Below, piece by piece: positions 20,688-30,889 of a stretch of DNA of 64,000 nucleotides; the first letter of the stretch is position 1, and each line of letters begins with the position of its first letter. The notes beneath the pieces were generated by a model, which made no database searches, was not told the origin of the DNA, and saw only the letters and a list, made by a program, of their open reading frames with translations. This stretch comes from Spirochaetia bacterium (lineage in GTDB: Bacteria; Spirochaetota; Spirochaetia; CADAEX01), in assembly GCA_963662795.1 (NCBI GenBank), contig OY759746.1:2304001-2368000 (forward strand). The letters are read 5' to 3'. The translations under genes and the position numbers were made by a program.

Positions 20688-21860
20688 ATGAATAGGTACA
20701 CTAACCGGATACTTGATGTTTCGGCTCTCCTCAAAGAAAGATCGCTATTTCTTTTAGGGCCAAGACAAACCGGTAAATCATCGTTTGTGCGTGAAGAGCT
20801 GAAAAATTTACCTGTGCTTTCCTATAATCTTCTTGACAGCAATCTGCTGTTCAGACTAACTGCAGATCCTTCATATATGCGACAGGAAATTGAGGCGAAG
20901 AATCTTAAGGATTGTGTTGTATATATAGATGAAATTCAAAAGTGTCCGTTTCTGCTTGACGAAGTACATCTGCTTATTGAAGAAAGAGGAATCCGATTTC
21001 TTCTTACCGGTTCAAGTGCCAGAAAACTTAAGAGGGGTGGTGTAAACCTGCTGGGCGGAAGGGCTCGTACTAGGGCAATGCATCCTTTTGTTTATCCGGA
21101 GATAGCCGGAGCAGATTTTTCACTTGAAAGAGTTATGGAATGCGGTTTGATTCCGTCTCATTATCTATCAATGAACCCCGCGGAAGATCTTGCTGCTTAT
21201 GTGAATACCTATCTTGCGGAAGAGATAGCGGCGGAAGGTGCGGCCAGAAACCTGTCGGCTTTTTCGCGGTTTTTACAGGTGGCTGCCTCCACAAATGCAA
21301 AAATGCTTAATTATACCAATGTCGCAGGTGATGCCCAGATTCCAAGGCAAACTGTGAAATTGTGGTATCAGATCTTAACTGACACGCTTTTGGGTTATGA
21401 ATTATTGCCTTATGCTGCGACAGTTAAGAGAAAATCAATTGAAACTTCAAAATTTTATTTTTTTGATCTCGGAATTGTTAAAGCGCTCAGACGGTTACCA
21501 TTAGTTGCTCCTGAAAGCTCTGATTTCGGTGAATTTTTTGAGCATTTCATATTCATGGAACTGCGTTCATGGATTGATTACAGAAAACCGGATATCCCCT
21601 TATCATGGTGGCGATCTAAATCAGGTTTTGAAGTAGATTTTATACTTGGAGAAAAAATTGCCGTAGAAGTGAAATCAGCATCAATTATCCAGATAAAACA
21701 TTTAAGAGGCCTTAAAATCCTGATGGAGGAGGGAAAGATGAGCAGATACATTATTGTTTGCAGAGAACACAGGCAGCGTTTTGTTGATGGCATTCTGGTA
21801 ATGCCCTGGCAGGATTTCCTTGAACAGTTATGGGCTGACAAGTTTGCCGGAGATTTCTAG
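20688..21860 (+). CDS. AAA_14-type ATPase with C-terminal DUF4143/PD-(D/E)xK-like region
   Basis: GPRQTGKS Walker A, IDEIQK Walker B, LTGSS, LLGGRA, KFYFFDLG, EVDF...AVEVKS. Confidence 0.88.
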   Translation: MNRYTNRILDVSALLKERSLFLLGPRQTGKSSFVREELKNLPVLSYNLLDSNLLFRLTADPSYMRQEIEAKNLKDCVVYIDEIQKCPFLLDEVHLLIEERGIRFLLTGSSARKLKRGGVNLLGGRARTRAMHPFVYPEIAGADFSLERVMECGLIPSHYLSMNPAEDLAAYVNTYLAEEIAAEGAARNLSAFSRFLQVAASTNAKMLNYTNVAGDAQIPRQTVKLWYQILTDTLLGYELLPYAATVKRKSIETSKFYFFDLGIVKALRRLPLVAPESSDFGEFFEHFIFMELRSWIDYRKPDIPLSWWRSKSGFEVDFILGEKIAVEVKSASIIQIKHLRGLKILMEEGKMSRYIIVCREHRQRFVDGILVMPWQDFLEQLWADKFAGDF

Positions 21861-21861
21861 T

Positions 21862-22521
21862 ATGTATAGTGAAGATGAACTTATCCCTATCTCCGCGCTT
21901 CAGCATGTACTGTTTTGTGAACGACAGTATGCCCTGATTCATCTTGAACAGGCGTGGGAAGAGAACCGCTTTACCGCAGAAGGACGTGTTCTTCATGAAA
22001 GAGTTGATATTGAACACCATGAGTCGAGGAAATTATTCAAGGTTGAATATGGAATGGCAATCAGGTCTCTGGAATATGGATTAATTGGAAAAGCTGATGT
22101 GGTGGAGTTCGAAAAAAATTCTGCCGGGGGGTATAGAAAAATAAATCCAGTTGAGTTCAAACGAGGAAGAAAAAAAGAAGAAGACTGTGACCGGGTTCAG
22201 CTTTGTGCCCAGACTTTATGCCTTGAAGAAATGTTTTCCATACCGGTAACAGAGGGGCAGTTTTATTACCTTCAGGAGCACCGGAGGTCATCTTTGGTTT
22301 TTGATTCTGATTTGCGGGTAAAGACGAAATTACTGATCCAGCGAATCATGGAAATTAATAAATCTTTGTTACTGCCTGCAGCGATATATCAGAAAAAGAA
22401 ATGTGATTTCTGTTCCCTGTTTGATATTTGCATGCCGAAAACACTTGATGCCGGAGGGAAGAATGTCTCACGGTATATAAAAGGCCAGTTGAAGATTGCC
22501 TTGAGTGAGGAAGTGAAGTGA
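21862..22521 (+). CDS. cas4: CRISPR-associated Cas4
   Basis: ISALQH..FCERQ, GKADVVE, PVEFKRG, QLCAQ, CxxCS...C. Confidence 0.95.
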   Translation: MYSEDELIPISALQHVLFCERQYALIHLEQAWEENRFTAEGRVLHERVDIEHHESRKLFKVEYGMAIRSLEYGLIGKADVVEFEKNSAGGYRKINPVEFKRGRKKEEDCDRVQLCAQTLCLEEMFSIPVTEGQFYYLQEHRRSSLVFDSDLRVKTKLLIQRIMEINKSLLLPAAIYQKKKCDFCSLFDICMPKTLDAGGKNVSRYIKGQLKIALSEEVK

Positions 22522-23549
22522 GAAAACTATTAAATACTTTGTATGTAAATACTCAGGGGAGTTATCTTCACCGGGAAGGTGAAACCATAATAGTTGAACA
22601 GGAACATAAAAAAGTTCTTCAACTGCCTGTTCATACAATAGGTAATGTTGTCTGTTTTGGCAACATAATGTGTTCCCCATCCTTGCTGGGACTTTGCGCG
22701 GAAAGGGATATTGGTTTTTCCTTCATGTCTGAATACGGGAGATTTCTTGCTGCTGTTAACGGGCCGGTGCGGGGAAATGTGCTTCTCCGCCGTGAACAAT
22801 ACAGAAAAGCTGATAATCCTGATATAACAGCAGGAATAGCCAAAAATATTATTGCAGCAAAACTCTCCAATTCCCGTGTTGTCCTAAACAGGGTGTTGAG
22901 GGATCATCCTGAAAAAACTGACTTCAATTCTTTGTCAGTTGCTTCAGAAAATATAGCAGGTCTGATGAATCAACTGGAGAGGATAAACAGTACGGATGAA
23001 GTGAGGGGGCTTGAAGGGACTGCTGCAGCACAGTATTTTGGAGTATTTAATCACCTGATTGTTGATCAGAAAGAAAGTTTTATTTTTAATGAGCGCAGCC
23101 GCAGGCCGCCGCTTGATTCTGTTAACGCACTTTTATCTTTTACCTACACAATTTTAGCTCATGATGTGCGGTCAGCTTTGGAAACAGTGGGACTTGATCC
23201 GGCCGTGGGATTTCTACACCGGGACCGTCCTGGCCGTCCAGGGCTGGCACTTGATATTATGGAGGAATTCCGTTCTGTGATTGCCGACCGGCTTGTTCTA
23301 ACATTGATCAATAGGCGCCAGATAAATCCTTCCGGCTTTACAAAAGCAGAAAACGGAGCTGTCGTAATGGATTCAGATACCAGAAAAATATTGTTAACCG
23401 AGTATCAAAACAGAAAGCAGACAGAAGTCTTTCACCCATACATTGAAGAAAAAATCCCAATAGGTCTGCTTTTTTATGTTCAGGCAAATCTTTTAGCCCG
23501 ATATTTAAGGGGAGATATTGACGGATACCCTTCTTTTTTCTGGAGGTGA
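22518..23549 (+). CDS. cas1: type I-C Cas1
   Basis: MRKLLNTLYV, GNVLLRR, RGLEG, RRPPLD.VNALLSF, LALDIMEEFR, YPSFFWR. Confidence 0.97.
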   Translation: MRKLLNTLYVNTQGSYLHREGETIIVEQEHKKVLQLPVHTIGNVVCFGNIMCSPSLLGLCAERDIGFSFMSEYGRFLAAVNGPVRGNVLLRREQYRKADNPDITAGIAKNIIAAKLSNSRVVLNRVLRDHPEKTDFNSLSVASENIAGLMNQLERINSTDEVRGLEGTAAAQYFGVFNHLIVDQKESFIFNERSRRPPLDSVNALLSFTYTILAHDVRSALETVGLDPAVGFLHRDRPGRPGLALDIMEEFRSVIADRLVLTLINRRQINPSGFTKAENGAVVMDSDTRKILLTEYQNRKQTEVFHPYIEEKIPIGLLFYVQANLLARYLRGDIDGYPSFFWR

Positions 23550-23553
23550 GTTG

Positions 23554-23844
23554 ATGATGGTTCTTGTCAGTTATGATGTTGCAGTTACAAGTTCAGGCGG
23601 CCAGACCCGGTTAAGAAAGGTAGCAAAAACCTGTCAGAACTATGGTGAACGGGTTCAGTTTTCTGTGTTTGAATGTGTCGTGGATCCTGCTCAATGGACA
23701 AAGCTGAAAAATATTCTTGAGAATATAATAAAAAAAGAATCCGATAGCCTTCGGTATTATTACCTTGGGGCAAACTACAAAAACAGGGTTGAGCATGTAG
23801 GTGCCAAGCCCTCCCGTGATGTTGATGCTCCCATTATAGTATGA
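23554..23844 (+). CDS. cas2: Cas2
   Basis: VLVSYDV, RLRKVAK.C..YG.RVQFSVFEC, DSLRYY. Confidence 0.96.
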   Translation: MMVLVSYDVAVTSSGGQTRLRKVAKTCQNYGERVQFSVFECVVDPAQWTKLKNILENIIKKESDSLRYYYLGANYKNRVEHVGAKPSRDVDAPIIV

Positions 23845-24019
23845 TGCGAACCCCCATGATACAGAAAACTCCGTACCTTTCGCAAATAAAATAAGTTATT
23901 GGTATATAAAGATCTTTGATATTCTAGAGAAGGAAGATTGAGAAAAAATAAATGTTATTTGGATGTTCGCATTATTGACTATATAAAGTCTTTTATAGTA
24001 AGTATTTAAATGTATATAA
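23845..24019 (+). promoter_or_regulatory. CRISPR leader
   Basis: AT-rich, GCGAACC...GTTCGC motifs typical of I-C leaders, between cas2 and the first repeat. Confidence 0.75.
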
Positions 24020-27000
24020 GTCGCTCCCCACGCGGGAGCGTGGATTGAAACACAGTTCCATATCTCACATGGTAATTTATATATCGTCGCTCCCCACGCG
24101 GGAGCGTGGATTGAAACCATTTGATATTGCCTATACAATGAGAGAAGAAATGTCGCTCCCCACGCGGGAGCGTGGATTGAAACAATCTGTAAATGACGAT
24201 GTTATCCTGGCAGATTCAGGTCGCTCCCCACGCGGGAGCGTGGATTGAAACATCAGACTGAAATCGCTCATATAAAAATCTTTCAAGTCGCTCCCCACGC
24301 GGGAGCGTGGATTGAAACAATATCCAAGCCGTTAACTGTTATTTTTTTATCAGTCGCTCCCCACGCGGGAGCGTGGATTGAAACGGACAAATACAAGCTG
24401 CAATGGGATATATGATAGGTCGCTCCCCACGCGGGAGCGTGGATTGAAACTTAAACACTAAGCGGTTTTAGCCTCCACCGCTTTGTCGCTCCCCACGCGG
24501 GAGCGTGGATTGAAACACTTGAAGGATCCATTGCATCTGAAGCAAGCTTTGTCGCTCCCCACGCGGGAGCGTGGATTGAAACCAGCCATAGAAGCAACAA
24601 ACCCATTATTATAAAGTCGCTCCCCACGCGGGAGCGTGGATTGAAACCCGAAAATGCAGAATGGATTGATGATTGGTTAGGTCGCTCCCCACGCGGGAGC
24701 GTGGATTGAAACCGGAAGAAGGAAAAGACGAAGGCGCAGCATTTTTAGTCGCTCCCCACGCGGGAGCGTGGATTGAAACTGCAAAAAAACCGGAAAAGAC
24801 CTTTTACAAAAAAGTCGCTCCCCACGCGGGAGCGTGGATTGAAACAAATAATGCTCTGCGCAAAGCGCGCAGGGCATTAGTCGCTCCCCACGCGGGAGCG
24901 TGGATTGAAACATCAATATTTTACAAGAGAATGGAATCTGGTTGATGTCGCTCCCCACGCGGGAGCGTGGATTGAAACGTAATCTTGATACAAGAGAAGT
25001 TGTAAAAATTATGTCGCTCCCCACGCGGGAGCGTGGATTGAAACCTTGTACTCTGTGCATAAGCCAGAGACTTGATCTGTCGCTCCCCACGCGGGAGCGT
25101 GGATTGAAACTGAACATTTAAGTTAGAGCTGTCATCCCCTTTTAGTCGCTCCCCACGCGGGAGCGTGGATTGAAACTTTCCCTTTATATCCATTATGTCA
25201 GGCTCCTGTCAGTCGCTCCCCACGCGGGAGCGTGGATTGAAACAAGCCCTTTAGTATGGAACTCATAATTAGATACAAGTCGCTCCCCACGCGGGAGCGT
25301 GGATTGAAACATATTGTCCCTGGCATCGTTGAATATTCCGAAAATGTCGCTCCCCACGCGGGAGCGTGGATTGAAACGGATTATTCGATACAAAAACAGG
25401 AATTAAACCAGAGTCGCTCCCCACGCGGGAGCGTGGATTGAAACTGGATAAATAAGGCTCTCCGCTTGCCGTTCGACAAGTCGCTCCCCACGCGGGAGCG
25501 TGGATTGAAACAAGAAAATCAGCATTACTCTGCATGGGCTTGTATGTCGCTCCCCACGCGGGAGCGTGGATTGAAACATTTTCATGGTTTTCGGATCGCT
25601 CTTGTAAAGGACGTCGCTCCCCACGCGGGAGCGTGGATTGAAACAGCTTATGCGGGGGATTTAGAGGATAATTTTGCCAGTCGCTCCCCACGCGGGAGCG
25701 TGGATTGAAACCTCTTCCGGTTTCTTTTTCGGATCTTCTACCGGGGTCGCTCCCCACGCGGGAGCGTGGATTGAAACAGGTAAATGAGAAGGGAATAATT
25801 AAGGGGTTCCAAGTCGCTCCCCACGCGGGAGCGTGGATTGAAACACTGCAAGCGTCCGGGTAAGTCTCAATTATCCGCGTCGCTCCCCACGCGGGAGCGT
25901 GGATTGAAACTTCCATAAAATTAAAATCCCTGTTTCCTTTTTTAGTCGCTCCCCACGCGGGAGCGTGGATTGAAACAATAAAGCATTCGCCGATATCCTC
26001 GACATAGCCCGGTCGCTCCCCACGCGGGAGCGTGGATTGAAACACGTTTATATATGGGAGTATAATAATGGAGAGCTGTCGCTCCCCACGCGGGAGCGTG
26101 GATTGAAACAAAGTGTGGGACATCTAACAATTTAGAGATACATCGTCGCTCCCCACGCGGGAGCGTGGATTGAAACCATTGCTTGTCAAAGTGCCTGATG
26201 TCATCATTTTGTCGCTCCCCACGCGGGAGCGTGGATTGAAACAATCCATATTATATTCATGCCCCCCTCCTTACTGTGTCGCTCCCCACGCGGGAGCGTG
26301 GATTGAAACTAATCGATTGGTTAGAATATGGAAAAGGACTGCATAGTCGCTCCCCACGCGGGAGCGTGGATTGAAACTATAGAATCACTTGTTCCTCTAC
26401 TAAAAGCTCCTGGTCGCTCCCCACGCGGGAGCGTGGATTGAAACCTAAAGAAGAGCCGAAACCATTGACAGCAGAACAGGTCGCTCCCCACGCGGGAGCG
26501 TGGATTGAAACATCGTTATACGAATTAAGATGTACAAATATTGAAGTCGCTCCCCACGCGGGAGCGTGGATTGAAACAACCCATTCGTTAGCAACCTATT
26601 CCATCGAATAGGTCGCTCCCCACGCGGGAGCGTGGATTGAAACCTGTGGTGGGCTTATAATAAAATATACAATGAACAGTCGCTCCCCACGCGGGAGCGT
26701 GGATTGAAACTTATAATAGTTACAATGTACACACTGACCATTAGGTCGCTCCCCACGCGGGAGCGTGGATTGAAACGTTATATGATATTCCGTATATTAA
26801 TATATGTATAGTCGCTCCCCACGCGGGAGCGTGGATTGAAACAATGTATACAATCTGATTAAGGATAAACGGATGATGTCGCTCCCCACGCGGGAGCGTG
26901 GATTGAAACTTTATCGGTTAGCCATAGCTTTTTGTCTTTTATCGTCGCTCCCCACGCGGGAGCGTGGATTGAAACCGTAATGTTATTATATAACCTGCGC

Positions 27001-28304
27001 AACTCTAAAGGTCGCTCCCCACGCGGGAGCGTGGATTGAAACTTTATCGGTTAGCCATAGCTTTTTGTCTTTTATCGTCGCTCCCCACGCGGGAGCGTGG
27101 ATTGAAACCGTAATGTTATTATATAACCTGCGCAACTCTAAAGGTCGCTCCCCACGCGGGAGCGTGGATTGAAACTGTGCGATTTTATTTGTAATTTTTA
27201 TTCCCATATCGTCGCTCCCCACGCGGGAGCGTGGATTGAAACAGATGATTTAAAATCATTTATTTGCTTGGTGTAGTCGCTCCCCACGCGGGAGCGTGGA
27301 TTGAAACACATATCCCGACAAACCACATGACTACGCACAAGTCGCTCCCCACGCGGGAGCGTGGATTGAAACATTTATATTGTTTATTAGTCTGTCATTT
27401 ATTACATGTCGCTCCCCACGCGGGAGCGTGGATTGAAACTCTTTCCGAGTTCTGCCGCAACTGCATCTTTTATTGTCGCTCCCCACGCGGGAGCGTGGAT
27501 TGAAACTAAATTTGCCTGTATTGTTGCCGCCTGATCTGCTGTCGCTCCCCACGCGGGAGCGTGGATTGAAACATGAGAAACTTTTTTTATTGCTTTATAC
27601 CATTTGGTCGCTCCCCACGCGGGAGCGTGGATTGAAACTAAATCCCCATCTTTTACAGTGCGGACTGCCACAGGTCGCTCCCCACGCGGGAGCGTGGATT
27701 GAAACAAAATGTTGATGTAACGCCGCTTGTAGATTTTGCAAGTCGCTCCCCACGCGGGAGCGTGGATTGAAACATTGAAACATCTTTTAAATTACCAATT
27801 TGTGAAGGTCGCTCCCCACGCGGGAGCGTGGATTGAAACTTAATAAATTGTTCCTGTCGTCATTTGTTAATATGTCGCTCCCCACGCGGGAGCGTGGATT
27901 GAAACAGGTGTATAATAATTTTTACATTTTGTGTTATTAGGTCGCTCCCCACGCGGGAGCGTGGATTGAAACCCAAAAAGCCATTATGTCCTCCTACGGC
28001 TCACAGGGTCGCTCCCCACGCGGGAGCGTGGATTGAAACATTATAAACCATGCTGCCATAATAAAACAGATAGGTCGCTCCCCACGCGGGAGCGTGGATT
28101 GAAACTAAACTATCAAACCATAGACAAACATACTCATGAGTCGCTCCCCACGCGGGAGCGTGGATTGAAACTAAACTATCAAACCATAGACAAACATACT
28201 CATGAGTCGCTCCCCACGCGGGAGCGTGGATTGAAACAGCCATCTATTTGATTTATCATTAAATCTTGCTCTGTCGCTCCCCACGCGGGAGCGTGGATTG
28301 AAAC
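24020..28304 (+). CRISPR. type I-C CRISPR array, 65 repeats / 64 spacers by manual count
   Basis: 32-nt repeat GTCGCTCCCCACGCGGGAGCGTGGATTGAAAC (stem CGCTCCC/GGGAGCG, ATTGAAAC handle); spacers about 33-36 nt. Confidence 0.98.
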
Positions 28305-28529
28305 AAGGATTGCATGGAACTTTATCTCATGGGTTTGGTAAAACTATTGTTTCTGGAAGCTGCAACATCTGAAGATGACCTCAAAAATCCCCCATCAAAT
28401 CATTTTAAGCGGCTAAAAGGTAATATGAAAGGTTATTGCTCAATACGAATTAACAGGTAGTGGAGAATACAATTCAAAATCAAGGATGGAGAATTGTTTG
28501 ATGTTTCGATAGTGGATTATCACTCATAG
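28305..28529 (+). pseudogene. higB: HigB (RelE-like) toxin remnant
   Basis: KDCMELYLMG-LVKLLFLEAA..DDLKNPPSNHF..LKG....SIRINR*WRIQF...DVSIVDYH; start missing, internal TAG at 28458. Confidence 0.8.
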
Positions 28530-28539
28530 GATGGAAAAT

Positions 28540-28855
28540 ATGGATAAAATAATTATAGAAACCCCTAAAATTGGAGATATCATAAAGGAAGAATTCCTTG
28601 AGCCCCTTGGGATATCCTTACAGGTTTGCCAAAGATATTAAAGTTTCTACAAGTTTAGTTCTGGATCTGATTCATAACAGAAGAAAAATAACTGTAGAAA
28701 TGGCTCTTCGTCTTTCAAAATATTTCAATACTTCTTAAAAATTCTGGGTAAACCTTCAGAATGAACTGGATCTGTGTGAGATTAGAGGCAAAATGGCTGA
28801 AGAAATAGATAAAATCCCGGTAATTGTACATTCAACAGATAAAACACTTTTCTGA
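28540..28855 (+). pseudogene. higA: HigA antitoxin remnant
   Basis: GDIIKEEFLEPLGIS, frameshift, ITVEMALRLSKYFNTS*KFWVNLQ. Confidence 0.82.
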
Positions 28856-28902
28856 TTGGTTTATTTTCTTTTGTTTTAACTGATTATGACAAGGGACAGA
28901 CA

Positions 28903-28993
28903 GGATTCCGGGGCAGTGCCCCGGCGAAGGGGGTGCGGCAAGATCACCGGACACAAGGCCGGAAGCTTGCCGCAGGGGGAAGGCCTTCCCCCC
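28903..28993 (+). repeat. GC-rich structured repeat, copy B
   Basis: same architecture as 20446-20536, with central stem TGCGGCAAG/CTTGCCGCA. Confidence 0.85.
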
Positions 28994-29017
28994 CCTGATG
29001 CAGCCGGATGTTATGAT

Positions 29018-29842
29018 TTAAAAAGATTTGAACTTTGTTTTATACCCTTTTTCGATTGAGACAAGTTCCCCCTTGACCATTTCTTTTGAATTGCTGAGTG
29101 TCCACTCGTATTTGATAAGTCCTCCTGCGGCAGCTGCATCCACCCACCATGTATAGGTTAATGTTGATTTGTCTTCTTCGTTGTAATACTTCCACTCAAT
29201 GCGTTCGCAGTTAAAGGTTTTCCCGCTGACTTTTATTTTCTCTTTTCCCTTGCTGTAATTCTGAAGATCGCTGAAATCAAGGGTGCTTGCGGGGGCCTCT
29301 TCCGGCGGGGTTGTTTCCGCTTCAGGGTCAGCTTTTTCCTTTGAGTACTTGAATTCGGATTCCTGGATTCTCTTTACATCTTCGTTGTAATAGCGTATTT
29401 TCCGGGCAAGGAGGTCCTTGTCCATAAGAGCCTCAAATTCCCATTCTTCCCCTTCGCTTCTCCATGCGAGGTACCACCAGCTGCTGCCGTCGGGAAGGTT
29501 TTTAAGCAGGGCGCGCTCTGCCTCTACCGAGCTTACCGCCCCTTCGCTGTCAGTTGCGGAAAGGCGCCATACAGTCCCTTGCGTTTCTTCAAGCTCATAG
29601 TAGCCGGCCCCGAATCCCCCCATAAAGAATATCTGGGCATATAGCGTGTTGAACATCATTTTGCGGTTCATGCCGGTCACTCCTGTGGCAGATGCCGCTT
29701 CGGCGTCAAGCCGTGCTTTTGCCTTGTCCTTGATACCTGTAACAGGATTTTTTATATCTCCTAATTTGGGAAGGGAAAAACCCTCTTGTGGCAGCATCGC
29801 CCCTGTAAGTATTATGAAAAGCAATACAGTAATTTTTCTCAT
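29018..29842 (-). CDS. hypothetical exported protein
   Basis: 274-aa ORF with signal peptide and AGGAG RBS; no recognised family. Confidence 0.75.
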   Translation of the reverse strand: MRKITVLLFIILTGAMLPQEGFSLPKLGDIKNPVTGIKDKAKARLDAEAASATGVTGMNRKMMFNTLYAQIFFMGGFGAGYYELEETQGTVWRLSATDSEGAVSSVEAERALLKNLPDGSSWWYLAWRSEGEEWEFEALMDKDLLARKIRYYNEDVKRIQESEFKYSKEKADPEAETTPPEEAPASTLDFSDLQNYSKGKEKIKVSGKTFNCERIEWKYYNEEDKSTLTYTWWVDAAAAGGLIKYEWTLSNSKEMVKGELVSIEKGYKTKFKSF

Positions 29843-30051
29843 ATTTTCTCCTATTCTTTGAATTCCGCACGGTTTTCGGCCTGCTGAATATCATATATAT
29901 ATTATATCACCAGCGTGACAGGAAGTATCTGCAAATAATTTATATTTATCCTTTTCATTGACTTATCCAGTCCCTATTAGGTACTTTTAATCTATATATT
30001 AATAGAGCTATATAGACAGCCGGCTTACCAGCCGGCAGGGAAGGTTAAAAA

Positions 30052-30885
30052 ATGAAAAAATATATAAACAGAAAAACTGCCTTAGTTTCAGCAGTTTCAG
30101 TTATTGCGCTGCTGTTCGCAGTATCCTGCTCTTCAGGTAGCAACGGAAGTGATAATTCAGGCGGTAATAAGGAAAGATCGGCTCTGCAGGTGATTCTGGA
30201 AAGAGGCACTATAAGGGTCGGGACAACCGGGGACTTTAACCCCATGAGTTTCAAAGACTCTTCAACCGGCGAATACGCAGGATATGATATTGATCTTGTG
30301 AAGCAGCTTGCCTCTGATATGGGTGTTGAGGTTGAATGGGTAGCTACAGACTGGAAAAACCTTGTAACAGGTATTGCATCGGGAAAGTATGATATTACAA
30401 CCGGCGCTTCATATAATATGGGCAGGGCCAGGACCGCGGGCTACACTCTTCCTGTAGTTGATGTTGGAACAGTACCGCTTACTTTAAAGAAGAATGCCGG
30501 CCGTTTCAGCGGATGGGATTCCATTAACAAAAAGGGTGTAAAAGTCGCGGCAACCCTGGGGACAGTGTTCGAGGAGCAGGCAAGAAACCTTTTTCCCGAT
30601 GCTGAAATCAGGACAGTAGAGGCTCCTGCCAGGGATTACCAGGAACTGCTTGCGGGCAGGGCTGATATCTCTGTAACCAGCAATATTGAAGCCTCACAGC
30701 TCATTAAAACCTACAAGGAGCTTGCAATTGCAGATGTTGACGGGCCCAGGTACGGCAATGTTATAGGGCTTCTTGTTCCCCAGGATGATGAAGTCCTTAA
30801 AAATTACATTGATGTCTGGATAATGATGAAAGAGAAAAGCGGTTTTATCCAGTCTCTGAAAGATAAATGGCTCTCATTAAAATAG
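30052..30885 (+). CDS. amino-acid ABC substrate-binding lipoprotein (family 3)
   Basis: lipobox AVSC, RGTIRVGTTGDFNPMS, GYDIDL, W..LV.G...GKYDI. Confidence 0.9.
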   Translation: MKKYINRKTALVSAVSVIALLFAVSCSSGSNGSDNSGGNKERSALQVILERGTIRVGTTGDFNPMSFKDSSTGEYAGYDIDLVKQLASDMGVEVEWVATDWKNLVTGIASGKYDITTGASYNMGRARTAGYTLPVVDVGTVPLTLKKNAGRFSGWDSINKKGVKVAATLGTVFEEQARNLFPDAEIRTVEAPARDYQELLAGRADISVTSNIEASQLIKTYKELAIADVDGPRYGNVIGLLVPQDDEVLKNYIDVWIMMKEKSGFIQSLKDKWLSLK

Positions 30886-30889
30886 AGCT

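Noticed and set aside
27774-27807. Spacer beginning with ATTGAAAC, duplicating the repeat end
   Set aside because: Spacer length is normal (34 nt), so a chance match is sufficient.
23896-28251. Many ORFs with repeating VSIHAPAWGAT / FQSTLPRGER / SLPTRERGLK peptides
   Set aside because: They are translations of the CRISPR repeat, not genes.
24020-28304. Self-targeting spacers within the window
   Set aside because: None seen by eye beyond short AT-rich matches; a proper alignment is needed to exclude them.
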